NCBI GenBank assembly: GCA_051362555.1
Contig: CM120647.1
Location: forward strand, 14,856,651-14,920,650
Length of the DNA stretch: 64,000 nt
Direction: 5' to 3'
Source: Lingula anatina
Lineage: Eukaryota > Animalia > Brachiopoda
Numbering within the stretch: position 1 is the stretch's first letter; the number at the start of each line of letters is the position of its first letter. Positions 1 to 12,400 of the stretch are shown here, piece after piece. The notes beneath the pieces were generated by a model. The model saw nothing but the letters and a program-made list of their open reading frames with translations, was not told where the DNA came from and searched no databases. The position numbers and the translations under genes are program-made.

Positions 1-828
1 ACGCGTTGTTCAGTTCACAAAAATAACTCCCAGACTTTAATTCTAATGGTGTCGCTTAATTGTGCACTTGACTTAGCACTTAGCAAGTGAACGTGTGGAA
101 TTTGAGTAATTAAGATTTGTATGCAACGCGCAATAGTGCAGCATAAATTGAATCCACCTTAAATGAGGGATTTGGATATATATGTTAAGAAGTAATGTCT
201 GAAAGATCTGAGAGACCGCTTGGGAGAGCTAAAAAGACGGATGCGAACTACAGGGGAGGATGCCGAAATTGGGAACTTCACGTAGAGCATGTAGTTAGCG
301 AGCGTCAACAAATACATAAATGAACTGGTCATTATGTGTCCGTAGGGTTTCTTTGAACGACTTTACGTAAATCTGACACGGACTATGGGGATTCGAGTAT
401 ACAAGTATCATTACAGGATATTCATTATTGTAATAATGGCGTCAAAGCAGATTGGCGACCAATGGCCGATGCAAGAGAGTTTAACGTGCCAAACATAAAA
501 TCATAAAAAAATCATGTCCTGCACTCTGTTTTAAAATTAGATACCTATGGGGTGTTTGGGGTAAACAAAACATTCTGTCCAAGCAGAAATAGATTTTTGG
601 AACCTTTCCTTTTTCGCTCACTTTCCGTTATACGACGAAGGGTTACTATTTCTTGGAGTATTCCTTTCATGTGCAAAAAATAAGGAAATCCATTTTGTCT
701 GCCCCGCCCCCGATCCCCTCCACTTAATATCTCTTTTTTTTAAAGGCCAACCTCAGCCTTGTTAGTTGTTTTCCTTATATGGTTCCCCACCATTTTTTAT
801 CAGTCTATATATATAGTACTCAACTTAC

Positions 829-970
829 TGGCCCCGGTATCCACCTCTCGTCTGTCTCCAACAATCTGCCCCAGGTTTGTTCTGACCACAGGAGTATCTG
901 TACACAAAACAACTTCTATCTGTACAAAAATATAGAAACAAGCAACCGAGAGAACTTTGTGGCCCGCCAT
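829..970 (-). CDS. First coding exon (signal peptide, 47 codons + 1 nt) of another carboxylesterase paralogue; the rest lies left of the window
   Basis: ATG at 970 gives MAGHKVLSVACFYIFVQIEVVLCTDTPVVRTNLGQIVGDRREVDTGA, then A|GTAAGT donor at 828; 142 bp like every other copy's exon 1. Confidence 0.85.
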
Positions 971-2536
971 CTTAGCTGTCGCAAATCTTTATAGTCAGCC
1001 GCAACGTGGCTCTGGGTGATGACTACGTAATATTACCGGAGTGAAAGTGAAGCGGTAAAGCATGCAAGAAAATGTATTCGCGACGCCTCATAAACCGTAA
1101 ATGTTAACACGCTACAGAACCCAACAGGTACCAGTATATACGGTTATTCTGCCTATGATCACTTAATACGTTTTACAATTACAATCTCTTATGACTTCTC
1201 GCCTAACACCAAATAGTTCAATAGGTTATACTGTATTTACATACACCCGGTATGGTTCGTGCTATACAAGCCAAAGGTAAGCGAGTCGGTTTTCCGAATT
1301 TTCGATATTTTTTAGAACATAGTTTACAACAGTCTTTAAAAAAAACGAAGATTCATATTATCATCTTTTGTTGTCAGAAAGTCATATTAGATGTAAAGTA
1401 AAAATTAGGACCTACCTGTGTTCAGATTTGGTGTTGGGTAAAGCCAAAAACCCTTCTTCATTGGTAGAAGCGCCGGCCTTCTTGTTGAATTGACAATACA
1501 GAAACATTGGAGAGAGAATCGGTTCTGGGCATCCTTATGAACGTTTTTATAATCTCGGCTGTCCCCAGCAGTGATTGACGCAGTGGACAGGGAGGCAGCA
1601 AAGGTCCTTTTTACCAAAGGCTTTGATAATACAGGGTGCCGCCCCGCAAAAAATGTACTCCTTCGCCCGCTGCCTTTTATTACGTCTAGGGGCTATGTAG
1701 TCGCCTCTGTTTTATTTATTTATTTATTTTTTTTATCACCAGTCTAACTGAAAAAGTCAGGGATGGGTTTTGATGAAATGTTCAGGTTAGGTCATTTATA
1801 GGCTAGCTTAGAAGTGAAGTTTGGTGATGATCTGTGTCACAGCTTACACCCCATTTATATGTGTATGGCACGTTATGGCACAGGCTTCCTTTGTGTTTAT
1901 TTTCTATTTCTGTCCTGTCAAGCATTCGTCATTAGCTCCGCCCCTCTCAAGAATATTTACTACTCAATCTAGGCTGATGCAACGTGACTAATTCAAATTT
2001 ATCCCATTATACTACTCCCCACTGCACATGATTTACTCGATACTATTCTAAAGGTGGAAGGAATGCAAAACTTCTTGCAACCTTCGCGAAAATTTGCTGC
2101 AAACTTTTTATCGTGCTAAGACGACTTTCCCATCGGTATGCCACTAAGCTTCCTTCAAATAGCATGACTCTGTATGTATGGGTTGATTAATAAATAAATA
2201 AAAGTAACGCAATTTGTATTTCCTAGTCTGAGTACTTTTCTCGTTAATATTTTTTGTTTGTTTTTGAAAGCATTAAAGTTTTCATCTTTACTGTCTCATT
2301 TAATTTTTTTGAAACAAGCTACAGGTAAATGAGGCACAGGAAATACATGTTTATCAAGAAATATAATGACAGAAATATTTTAAAAGGAGAAAAGAACAAC
2401 TTCTCTTTTAATGTGCACAAGAGATAACGCCACACAAAAAAAAAATAAAGAAAAAAAAAAACATATATTGACCAAAACCTTTTATTTAAAATACCACATT
2501 TAAAATATATTTTATCATATCTGACCTTGGACCTAT

Positions 2537-2538
<2 letters not shown>

Positions 2539-2604
<66 letters not shown>
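2539..2604. repeat. (TA)n microsatellite (others about 3382-3442, 15233-15306, 19510-19582, 43824-43897)
   Basis: Read directly. Confidence 0.95.
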
Positions 2605-2609
<5 letters not shown>

Positions 2610-2845
2610 CAGCGCACATAAAGGCATCTGGGCATAACCACGATAATATCTTGGATCAGGGCATAATGTCGATAATTATCGATATCAATAATATCAAGGC
2701 AAAATCGTGTAAGAATTGTCATGATAAAGGTCAGGGCACAGATATATGAACTTTTTATTACTACTACATAGACATATTTCAACTTATTTCAACTTATGCC
2801 CAAACATGCACTACGCAGAAATGCCGTGTGTGATCATACTTATAT

Positions 2846-3378
2846 CTAACCATTCCTCATCAACCGCTTGAAATACCGACGACTGAGGATCCTGGGTGTC
2901 CGATATGTTCTCCAAATTCCCCTGGAACATGGTTGGGATTGACGAGGTCGTGTGCCCACCGTGTCAGCCTCTTTACCCACTCTCACTATGGCCGGAAGTA
3001 CCTCGGTCGCAAACAGATACTGGCGCTCCCTGTCGAATGTTTCCACGGTGGTGGGTGTGTCTAGGTTGATTAATTGTCTGGAAGACGCTGTATATTGCGG
3101 CCAATGGACGCTGACTGAGTCACCAACATTTGGGTCACTGAAAAGACGAGAGTGTTGACTGATTAGCAAAACAATGAAAAACTATATTGAGCATACACGA
3201 AAGGACATTCTGACATCGTAGTAAAGACATACTTGTCATGGGTCCTTTGTAGAGGGATATATGATTTCATACTGATTAAATTACAGTTGATGGACATTGG
3301 GGCCATTGAAACTTAAAGGGCATCAAGGACTTAAGTAAGTATATCCATTTACAATTATCATCAAGCTTTCAATTGCAG

Positions 3379-3450
<72 letters not shown>

Positions 3451-6400
3451 TTTCCGATATCTAATTGTATGCTATCTGATCCTTACCCATTTTTTGCGAA
3501 GTTAGCTATATACCGCCTGATCATTCTTCCAAGCTCCAATTCCTCAGCTGTCATGTTATATACATCAGGGTGCTGTTCAAAAACACCAAAATACAGAATG
3601 CGGGTATCAAAATGTTCAGCTCGTACAAAAGCAGTCTTAGGTAAGTAAGAAGGTGGATAGCCAAGACGAACTGATAATGTGTATTTGTACGTTGTGGCAC
3701 CTCCCGCTGCGTTCAGTCTCGCCGACTCCTCTGCTGGCATTCCGAAGAGAAAGTGAGTGTTTTGCTGCACCGCCCGATTCAAAATGTCCAAAGGATCCAT
3801 AGGGTCTTGGATAAGGCCGTACTCGTGAAGCAAGGACCTAGCAACAGCCTTTTCCGCGCTTTTCATCTTGAATTGATATAGCAGTGATGCATAAGTTTCG
3901 AGAATGAAGCGTTGCTGTGCAACAGTGGGGGGATTCCCTGCAAAAGGAAGTGTGAAGATGCTGCCGTCATGGGAGGTAGCACCTACCATATATCGAAGCC
4001 CGGATGTCACGTTTTTTCCCAGTAGTTCTCGTGGGTGTCTTGGTATAAATACTCCATCAATATTTGGTCGCCAGTCAAGTGCTGCACGTAAACCTTCCTC
4101 CCTTATCTCCGCCAATATGTGAGCGTCCTTATTGCGGAGACAGCGGAGTCTTGCTCTTGGTTGAGGCATATCACATCCGGCCATTTTTGAAAACTCCAAA
4201 CTGACGTTCAAAGACTCGGTCAGAGACCAAGGCGCCAAGCTTGACCCACTCACCGATATCCCTCCCTGTATCAAACCACGATTTAGAGGAGAAATCATCT
4301 GATAATCCACCGACGCCCCTCCTGCCGAATCACCAATAAGAGTAATGCGATCAGGGTCTCCGCCAAACGCCTCAGCATTCTCCTGTACCCATTTAATAGC
4401 CCAGTGCTGGTCATACAGGCCGTAATTTCCTCTGGCCTCGTCAGTCCCCGTGCTGAAGAACCCCAGAAAACCCAGTCTATAGTTAATAGTGACGAGGACG
4501 ACATCAGACTCCAGTGCAAGGATGTCTCCATTAAAAGTCACAGCTGTTCCTGCCACGAACGCACCACCGTGAAAATGGATGAGAATCGCCAGGCGAACGC
4601 CCGTCTGACGTAGAACGTCAACACCACGTGGCACGTACACGTTCAGAAACAGACAATCTTCGTCCCGTGTGAGGTTGGAGATTGTTCGTCCTAGGTTGAC
4701 GTAGAGGGAAATTGAGCTGTCAGGCTGCGGGCAGTGGGGACCGAATTGTTTCACTTGTCGAATGCTTTCTCCCCATCCAGGATGACGCTCAGGATTGGCA
4801 AATCGAAGTCTCCCAACTGGGGGTTTTGCATAAGGTATTCCAAGAAAGCAATCGACTATACCTGCGCCTATAGAAGGAAATCATATGAAAAATGTTAATT
4901 GTACTAGATACTACTTTTTTAGCTTTTTGAAAAACCGTCACATTCTTCTCAACAGTGGCTCTCCTGTCATAATTCACTCCATCTCTAGTGCGAACCAGCT
5001 TTTGGCGCACGTGGGAACAAAAACACTCTCTCACACACACACACAGACAAAGGCATGCGCGCACACGTACACCCAAACACACATACATTTTCGTAGCTTA
5101 CGTTACCAGCAGTAATATAATTGTTTTAGATGTCTTGTGCTATAAAAAGTCCCAGCAGGAAGTCAAAATAGTTTTATTCCACTACAGGAAACGTTTTTCA
5201 ATAATATTGAGAACGTGTCACCCTTAAAGCAATGCGTAAAGTGAAACAGCAACTCATGTCATTAGCCAGTGCTCTTTATTCAACTTTATTCAAGGAATTT
5301 TTTTTCAGATGATCCGAATGTTCCACTACCCATTTCCGCAATTTAAATGATGATCGGTGGCGTAGTATTTATATAATAGTAAAATTATAATCATGGAAAC
5401 CCTAATAGCAATGCATACAGTTGTGGTAGGGGTGACACTTGTTTTTTGGTAGGGGAGTGTATATATATATATATATATTATAGCACACAAGGACTATATA
5501 GGTGTATTAAAAGTCAAAGAAAAGGCATGTGTTTTTCACTGGATCTTGGTTTATTCACATGGATTCACAAGACACGTAAAAACTAAAAAAGAAGAAAAGA
5601 AAAAGAAAATTACAACAATGTACTTACTAAGGGTTATTTACGTGTTCAAATTTACTTACTCAAAAAACTTATACATTTCAATAATCACCAATAATAAATA
5701 ACTAATCATCAATAATCAATAATAATCAATAAACAGTATTAAAACTCACCATTTCTGCCATTCCTTTAAACTATAAATTTCAAGTAGAAATAACAGATTC
5801 AAAAGTAAGAGTACTATGTGTTCCTCCTACGGAGACACTGTGATGAATGAAATAAAGTGCAAAACTCATGAGGCACCACCCTGAATGAAAACTTGTCATT
5901 TATGTAAATGAATGCATTAGATGAGCCGGACACCAGGCTCCTCAATCACAACAAAAGTAAACTAAACCTTACATACCGGCCACCGAAAGGCGATTTAATC
6001 AAGATTCAAAATAGCCTTTCTAATCAAATATAAACACTATTTAATTTACTCAAAAAATGTCTTATAAAGTCATTGTCACTTAAATGCATTGTATTGCACA
6101 TTAAACAAAATTTCCTTCCAATAAACACAATTTTCGCACATCACGGCGAAAGCGTCCTTTAGCTGTTTTAACAATCACCTGGCGCACATGTCCGTATTTA
6201 TCAGGAAAAGTTTCCTCTATCAGTCCTTTAGGCCACTGGCCGCGAAAGGCATTTTCATCAATAAGTAAAACAAAGTCACCTTTTTCAAAGTTCTTTGCTG
6301 GTCGGAGCCATTTCTGACGCTCCTGAAGCACAGGCAAGTATTCTTTAATCCATCGCTGCCAGAATTGGTCTGCAATTAACTGCGCGTGTTTCCACTGTTC

Positions 6401-9400
6401 ATTATATTGATCACGTTCTGTGAAATTGTCAGCGGGCAAACAGGGATTCGAACGCAGCAACAGTAGTTGATTTGGTGACAAAGTTTCTAGTTCGTAATAA
6501 TGGTCTGCTTTGCGGATCAACGGACGATCATTCATGATTTTCTCAACTTCAGTAAGTACAGTAATTAATGTCTCGTCATCCACCAATCTATTTCCCAAAA
6601 TCGAACGCATGATTTTCCGCACTGATCTGATTAAACGCTCCCATACGCCACCTGCGTGGCTTGCATTTGGAGGATTGAAATACCACTGAATGTTGCGTCG
6701 TAACAGAGAATCACTGATTTTTTCTTGATTCCACTGCTGTAAAATGCGTTTTAGATCTGCTTCAGCACCTGTGAAATTGGTCCCGTTGTCACTGAAAATT
6801 TCACACGGCGGTCCTCGCCGACTAATGAAACGCAAAACTGCTTGAATGAACGAGTCTGATGACAGATTATATGATATCTCCAAATGAACTGCTCTAGTCG
6901 CCATGCACGTAAAAATGCAACCATAACGCTTATTTGTTCGTCTTCCGCATTTCACTAACAGTGGTCCAAAGTAGTCGACACCTACTGAATGAAATGGTGG
7001 CTTCCCTGGTGTCACACGACTTCTTGGAAGTGGGGCCATAACTTGACTGCTGGGAACTGCATTCCATCTGCGGCACACCATGCACTTGCGAATGACTTTT
7101 TTCACTGTTGACAATCCACGCGTTATCCAAAATTCTTGACGTATCACAGATAACACGTGATATGCTCCCACATGTCCTTCTTTAATGTGATAGTGTCGCA
7201 CAATGATTTCAGTGACGTGATGATCATGCGGAAGAATTTTCGGGTGTTTCTGTGAAGTAGAAATTGCTGAATTCTGGAGACGTCCTCCTACACACAGAAT
7301 CCCATCAATTTTGATCGGAGATAGCTTGCGCAATGGGCTCACGTATCCCTTGGAATCAGGTTTTTTGGTCATTGCAGATGATACAACGTTGCACTCTTTG
7401 GGAAATGATTTTGCTTGTACATACATCACAATAGCATCAGTAGCAAGCGCGATTTCCTGTACTGTTAATGGTTCATTGTTTCTATCTACTGTCAATTGTC
7501 TCACGCGGGACAGTAAGTAGCGTTTAAAACGCAAAATCCAGGCAACTGATTTCTGTAAAGTATACCACGATGAGAAATGATGTAACAATCGCTCTACACC
7601 GTCAAATACTTCCGACGACGTAGTGACATGTACTTGAGCTGATTTACGTTTCACTTCTCTGTCATTTTCTAAAATTTCATGTAGATTATCTGGTTGTTTC
7701 GGCCAGTGTATCTCGGGCTGATACAAGAAAGCTGGGCCATGTAACCAACGCTGTATGTCATCACCGTTATCACTTCTGAGCTGTATTCCTCTGGAAGCGT
7801 AATCTGCCGGGTTCTGATCTGAATCAACATGATACCACTGCGACGGGGATGAAACATCATGTATCATTTGTAGACGATTGGCAACAAAAACGTGGAATCT
7901 GGTCGCGGAATTCCGAATGTACTGGAGCACAATCGTAGAATCTGTCCAGAAAACAACACGATGAATGGGCAGTTGTAGCTCCTCCATCATTTGTTTGTGA
8001 ACTTTCGCAGACAATGTAGCTGCTGTCAGCTCCATTCGTGGAACAGTCACTGTTTTCAGAGGCGCTACACGTGATTTTCCCATGACAATGTTGCAAGATA
8101 CTTGCTGGTTAATATCAACAAATCGCAAGTAGGAAACAATGCCGTAGCCGGATAAGGAGGCATCTGAAAAATGGTGAAGTTCAATGGACTGAATATCTGC
8201 TAATTGAGCTGATTTGTAGCATCTTGGTATTTCAATTGTTTGTAAATTGTCCAATCCTTCTCTCCACTGTGTCCATGCATTAAGATGCTCTGCAGGTAAG
8301 TCACTGTCCCACGCAATGCCTTCCCGACACAATTCTTGGAGTATCTGTTTAGGTTTGAGAATAAGTGGCGCTGCAAAACCCAGTGGATCATATATTGATG
8401 CAATAAATGACAAAATACCTCTGCGGGTATTCTTTACATCCCTTTCACGGACGCAGTATCCAAATGTATCCTTTTCTATGTTCCACTGTACGCCTAACGC
8501 ATGTTCTATCGGCTGTTTGTCAAAGTTTACATTTCTGACCGACGGTGCTTGCTCCGCAGTGGGCACACTGGATAGAACTTCCTCCTGGTTCGATATCCAC
8601 TTGGTCAGATGAAATCCACCTTTCTGCAGTAATGAGGTGAGTTGAGTAATCATCATCTTAGCTTCATCAACGGTCTCTACAGACTTTAAGCAATCGTCAA
8701 CATAGAAGTTTCTGTAGACAGTTTCAACGGTCTGGAAATCAAAGTCCTTTCCATGATCTTCTGCATTTTTGAGAAGAGCGTAGACTGTACAACTTGCAGA
8801 GGAAGTAGCGCCAAACACGTGGACTAGCATTTGGTATTCTTCTGGTTGTTTGCTGAGATCTCCTGCCGGCCACCATAGGAATCGTAAGGCGTCACGATCA
8901 TCAGGGTGCACTCTCACTTGATGATACATTTGCTCAATATCAGCAACAATGGCTATCTTCTCCTGGCGGAATCTAAGGAGAACTCCAATGAGTGAATTGG
9001 TTAAATCCGGACCCTGTAACAAGGAATCATTCAGCGAAACGCCTGCATATTTCGCTGCACAATCGAAGACAACTCTAATTTTAGACTTCTTTGAATTGAT
9101 CACAGGGTGATGAGGTAAGTACCAAACAGAATTGCTGTTATTATGCAGATTTCTGTGGTCAATCTTCTGAGCGTGTCCTTTATCAATATACTCCTGAAGA
9201 GCTTGAGTATACTTCTCTCGTAGTTTTTCGTCACGCTGTAAACGTCTTTTGAGCAGATTCAAGCGCTTTTCAGCTGCTGGCTTATTATTGGGTAAGAGCT
9301 CGTCTGACTTCCAAGGAAGTGAAACTTGGTAATGTCCGTCAACAAATACCACGGATTCATCCATGATCCTCTTCGCTTTCTTATCTTCTAACGACATGCA

Positions 9401-12400
9401 TTGGCTGCTGCTAACTGAAGACTCACTGAATTCACTGTTGTAAATCTTGCTTAGTTGGGTAGAAATGGAATCGCAGCCTCTCAGAGAATTGTCACATCCG
9501 AGTACCTGGTCTGCGTGAATGAAATTAACCGTGACGTCACCATCATTTGGTCTTTTCATGGGACCTAATATAGTCCATCCTAAAATCGTTCGGATCGCGT
9601 ACGGTTGTTTCTTATCTCCTCGCTTCTCTTCTATGCGCCAATGAGCTTCAGGGTGATCATTACCAATGAGAATGGTAACTGTTTTGTCATCTAGCTCCGG
9701 TAGTCGTACATCTTTCAAGTGGCTCCACTCTGAAATGTCGGAGTTATTTGGAATGTTCTTTTCACAGATCGGTAGTCTGTCGGTCGTCCAAACTTGATCT
9801 AGAATCAATCCTTGTTGGCTATTGATGGCTTTCACTTCTAGCTGTACTTCTTGCCCTTGGTTCACGCAACTTTCATCGTTAACTGTACTGACACTGTACT
9901 GGATAGGTTTCCCTCTGGCACCTAACTTTTCAGCTAAACTGTGTAAACATAAACTGTGATCAGATCCACTGTCTAGAAATGCATAAGTTTCAATAATCGG
10001 TCCACCATTGCCGTCGCTCACGGTCACTGGGACAATCTGTAGACTGATTCTTCTTCCTGTCGCTACCGCTGCACTCTGGACTGCAACTACGGGGTCAGTA
10101 ACAACAGACGTAGCGTTGGCACCAGGCTCACGTTGCAGTGCGGAGCTGTTGGCAGGTACACAGGGTGGGTGTAGTAACGCGTGATGTCGCTTGCCACATC
10201 CAGGGACTTGACACAATTGTTTCCATTGACACGTTCTTGCAGTGTGCGAAGGGCTGGACTGAAGACAATTGAAACACAGTTTGTTTTCCGACACAAAAAT
10301 TTTCCTATCGCTGTAATTCATTCTAGCAAATTTGAAACATTGCTTGATAGTATGATTTCCAGAGCAAAACACACACGGGTCTTTCTGGACTGACGATGGC
10401 TGGGACTTGTTGGAGTTACTGTTGCTTTTCTCGGCAGGGTGAATGTTAGTGGCTAGGGTAGTGGTCTTATAGGACGGGTTGTGACAACTGACCTTTGACT
10501 TAGGTTTCACATCCGGCTTGGATCCTACCAATTGTCCGAACCTTGAGTTGGCAATCTGTACCATTTCCTCCAGGTAATCTGCGAGATCCTTGAACTTGAC
10601 CTCAATCCACTGATTAAACAATTTCCCGGAACGTTTGGCCCATCCAGCTTGGAGATATTGCGGTAATCGCCGGACCACTTTTTCCAGAGTATCCATAGAA
10701 TTCAAATCTTCATAGTATCCCATCTTGGATGCTGTCATTTGGCACGTAGTCATGTCTCTTGAGAGCTTGGAGAGTCGTGTAACGTCTGACGCTTTAATGG
10801 GAGGACCTGTTACTATTTTCTCCAACATAGCTTTGATGATAATGTGTTTTTGTCCGAAATGAGTCTGTAATATGTTTCTAGCCTGTAAATAACCTTCCTC
10901 TGGTTCAAGTATGACACAGCTTTTTATGGCTTCTTTGGCTTCACCTGTGCAGTACTGTATGAGGTATGACAGTTTACTTCTAAAGTCTGGTACTCTTTGT
11001 TCAATATTAGTCTCAAAGTTTCTTATGAAAGTCGGGTATGATACCGGATCACCATTGAAATACAAGTACTCACGTTTGGGCATTTCTTGGTTCAGCGTGA
11101 TTTCTTGTAAAGCACGTTGTTGTTGTAGAAGTAAGTGTGCTACTTGGTCATTCATGATAAGCTGACGTTGTTGCTCTATGGTAGACGTACCTATTGACTG
11201 CGCCGTCATAGGTGTATATTCCGTTGCATGTGGGTTTAACGTCATCGTTGGATCTGTATAGGATGGCACAATGTACGGTTGTGGTAGCTGTGACGGTTGT
11301 GACGACTGGGCTGCCGTAGGGAACTGCTGTGGTTGATTTGTCCTTGACATCGGTTTCGGTTGAGTGGGCTCCGTCTCATATGACACTCCTAATTGCTGAA
11401 GCTGTTGCGTGGAATGCGGGTGAAGTGCATTCATGCGTGACCGCTGTTGCTCACTCTGATGTTGCTGTTGTGCACTGATATGTTGATGAGAAACATGATC
11501 GGAATTTGTCAGATTATGTGCATCAATGGTATCAACGTTACCTTCTTCCATGGAATTAAAGTAGCGATCAATCGTGAAGTTGTGTTCCGACAAAGATTCG
11601 TCTTCCTGAATTTCAGCCTCAATTTCCCGCCGTCTCACCTGGGCTCGTAGGGAAATCATTCTCATTTCGTCTTTTAGCTCTTGCTCTCGATACCGACGCC
11701 TTAGTGCAGTTTCCGCTTCTTCGAATTCCAACTGAGCATTAGCAATAGCGAGTGCGGCTTTTGTCCTTTGGGATTCCGATGCCGAACGCAAACTGTTGGT
11801 TCTGAATCGTCTATGAGATAGTCCGAAATCTTGTAAGCTGCCGTGGTAGGCCATGATGGAAATTTCCGTGGGATGATTGAGAAATGTTTTTACTTTTTAT
11901 ATAGCACACAAGGACTATATAGGTGTATTAAAAGTCAAAGAAAAGGCATGTGTTTTTCACTGGATCTTGGTTTATTCACATGGATTCACAAGACACGTAA
12001 AAACTAAAAAAGAAGAAAAGAAAAAGAAAATTACAACAATGTACTTACTAAGGGTTATTTACGTGTTCAAATTTACTTACTCAAAAAACTTATACATTTC
12101 AATAATCACCAATAATAAATAACTAATCATCAATAATCAATAATAATCAATAAACAGTATTAAAACTCACCATTTCTGCCATTCCTTTAAACTATAAATT
12201 TCAAGTAGAAATAACAGATTCAAAAGTAAGAGTACTATGTGTTCCTCCTACGGAGACACTGTGATGAATGAAATAAAGTGCAAAACTCATGAGGCACCAC
12301 CCTGAATGAAAACTTGTCATTTATGTAAATGAATGCATTAGATGAGCCGGACACCAGGCTCCTCAATCACAACAAAAGTAAACTAAACCTTACATATATA

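Larger units (their letters stand above)
5479..12394 (-). mobile_element. Full-length BEL/Pao LTR retrotransposon in intron 1 of copy A
   Basis: Two 495-bp direct repeats flank a single gag-pol ORF; TATAT at 5474-5478 and 12395-12399 is consistent with a 5-bp target duplication in a (TA)n tract; purine-rich GGTGGCCGGTA precedes the 3' LTR. Confidence 0.95.

Noticed and set aside
2319-2782. YIYI-repeat ORFs (also 3373-3648 and 15088-16058)
   Set aside because: Translations of (TA)n microsatellites
3483-4754. Single-exon esterase genes with GTG/TTG starts, or a bacterial origin
   Set aside because: The ORFs are internal exons bounded by AG and GT; signal-peptide and terminal exons are present
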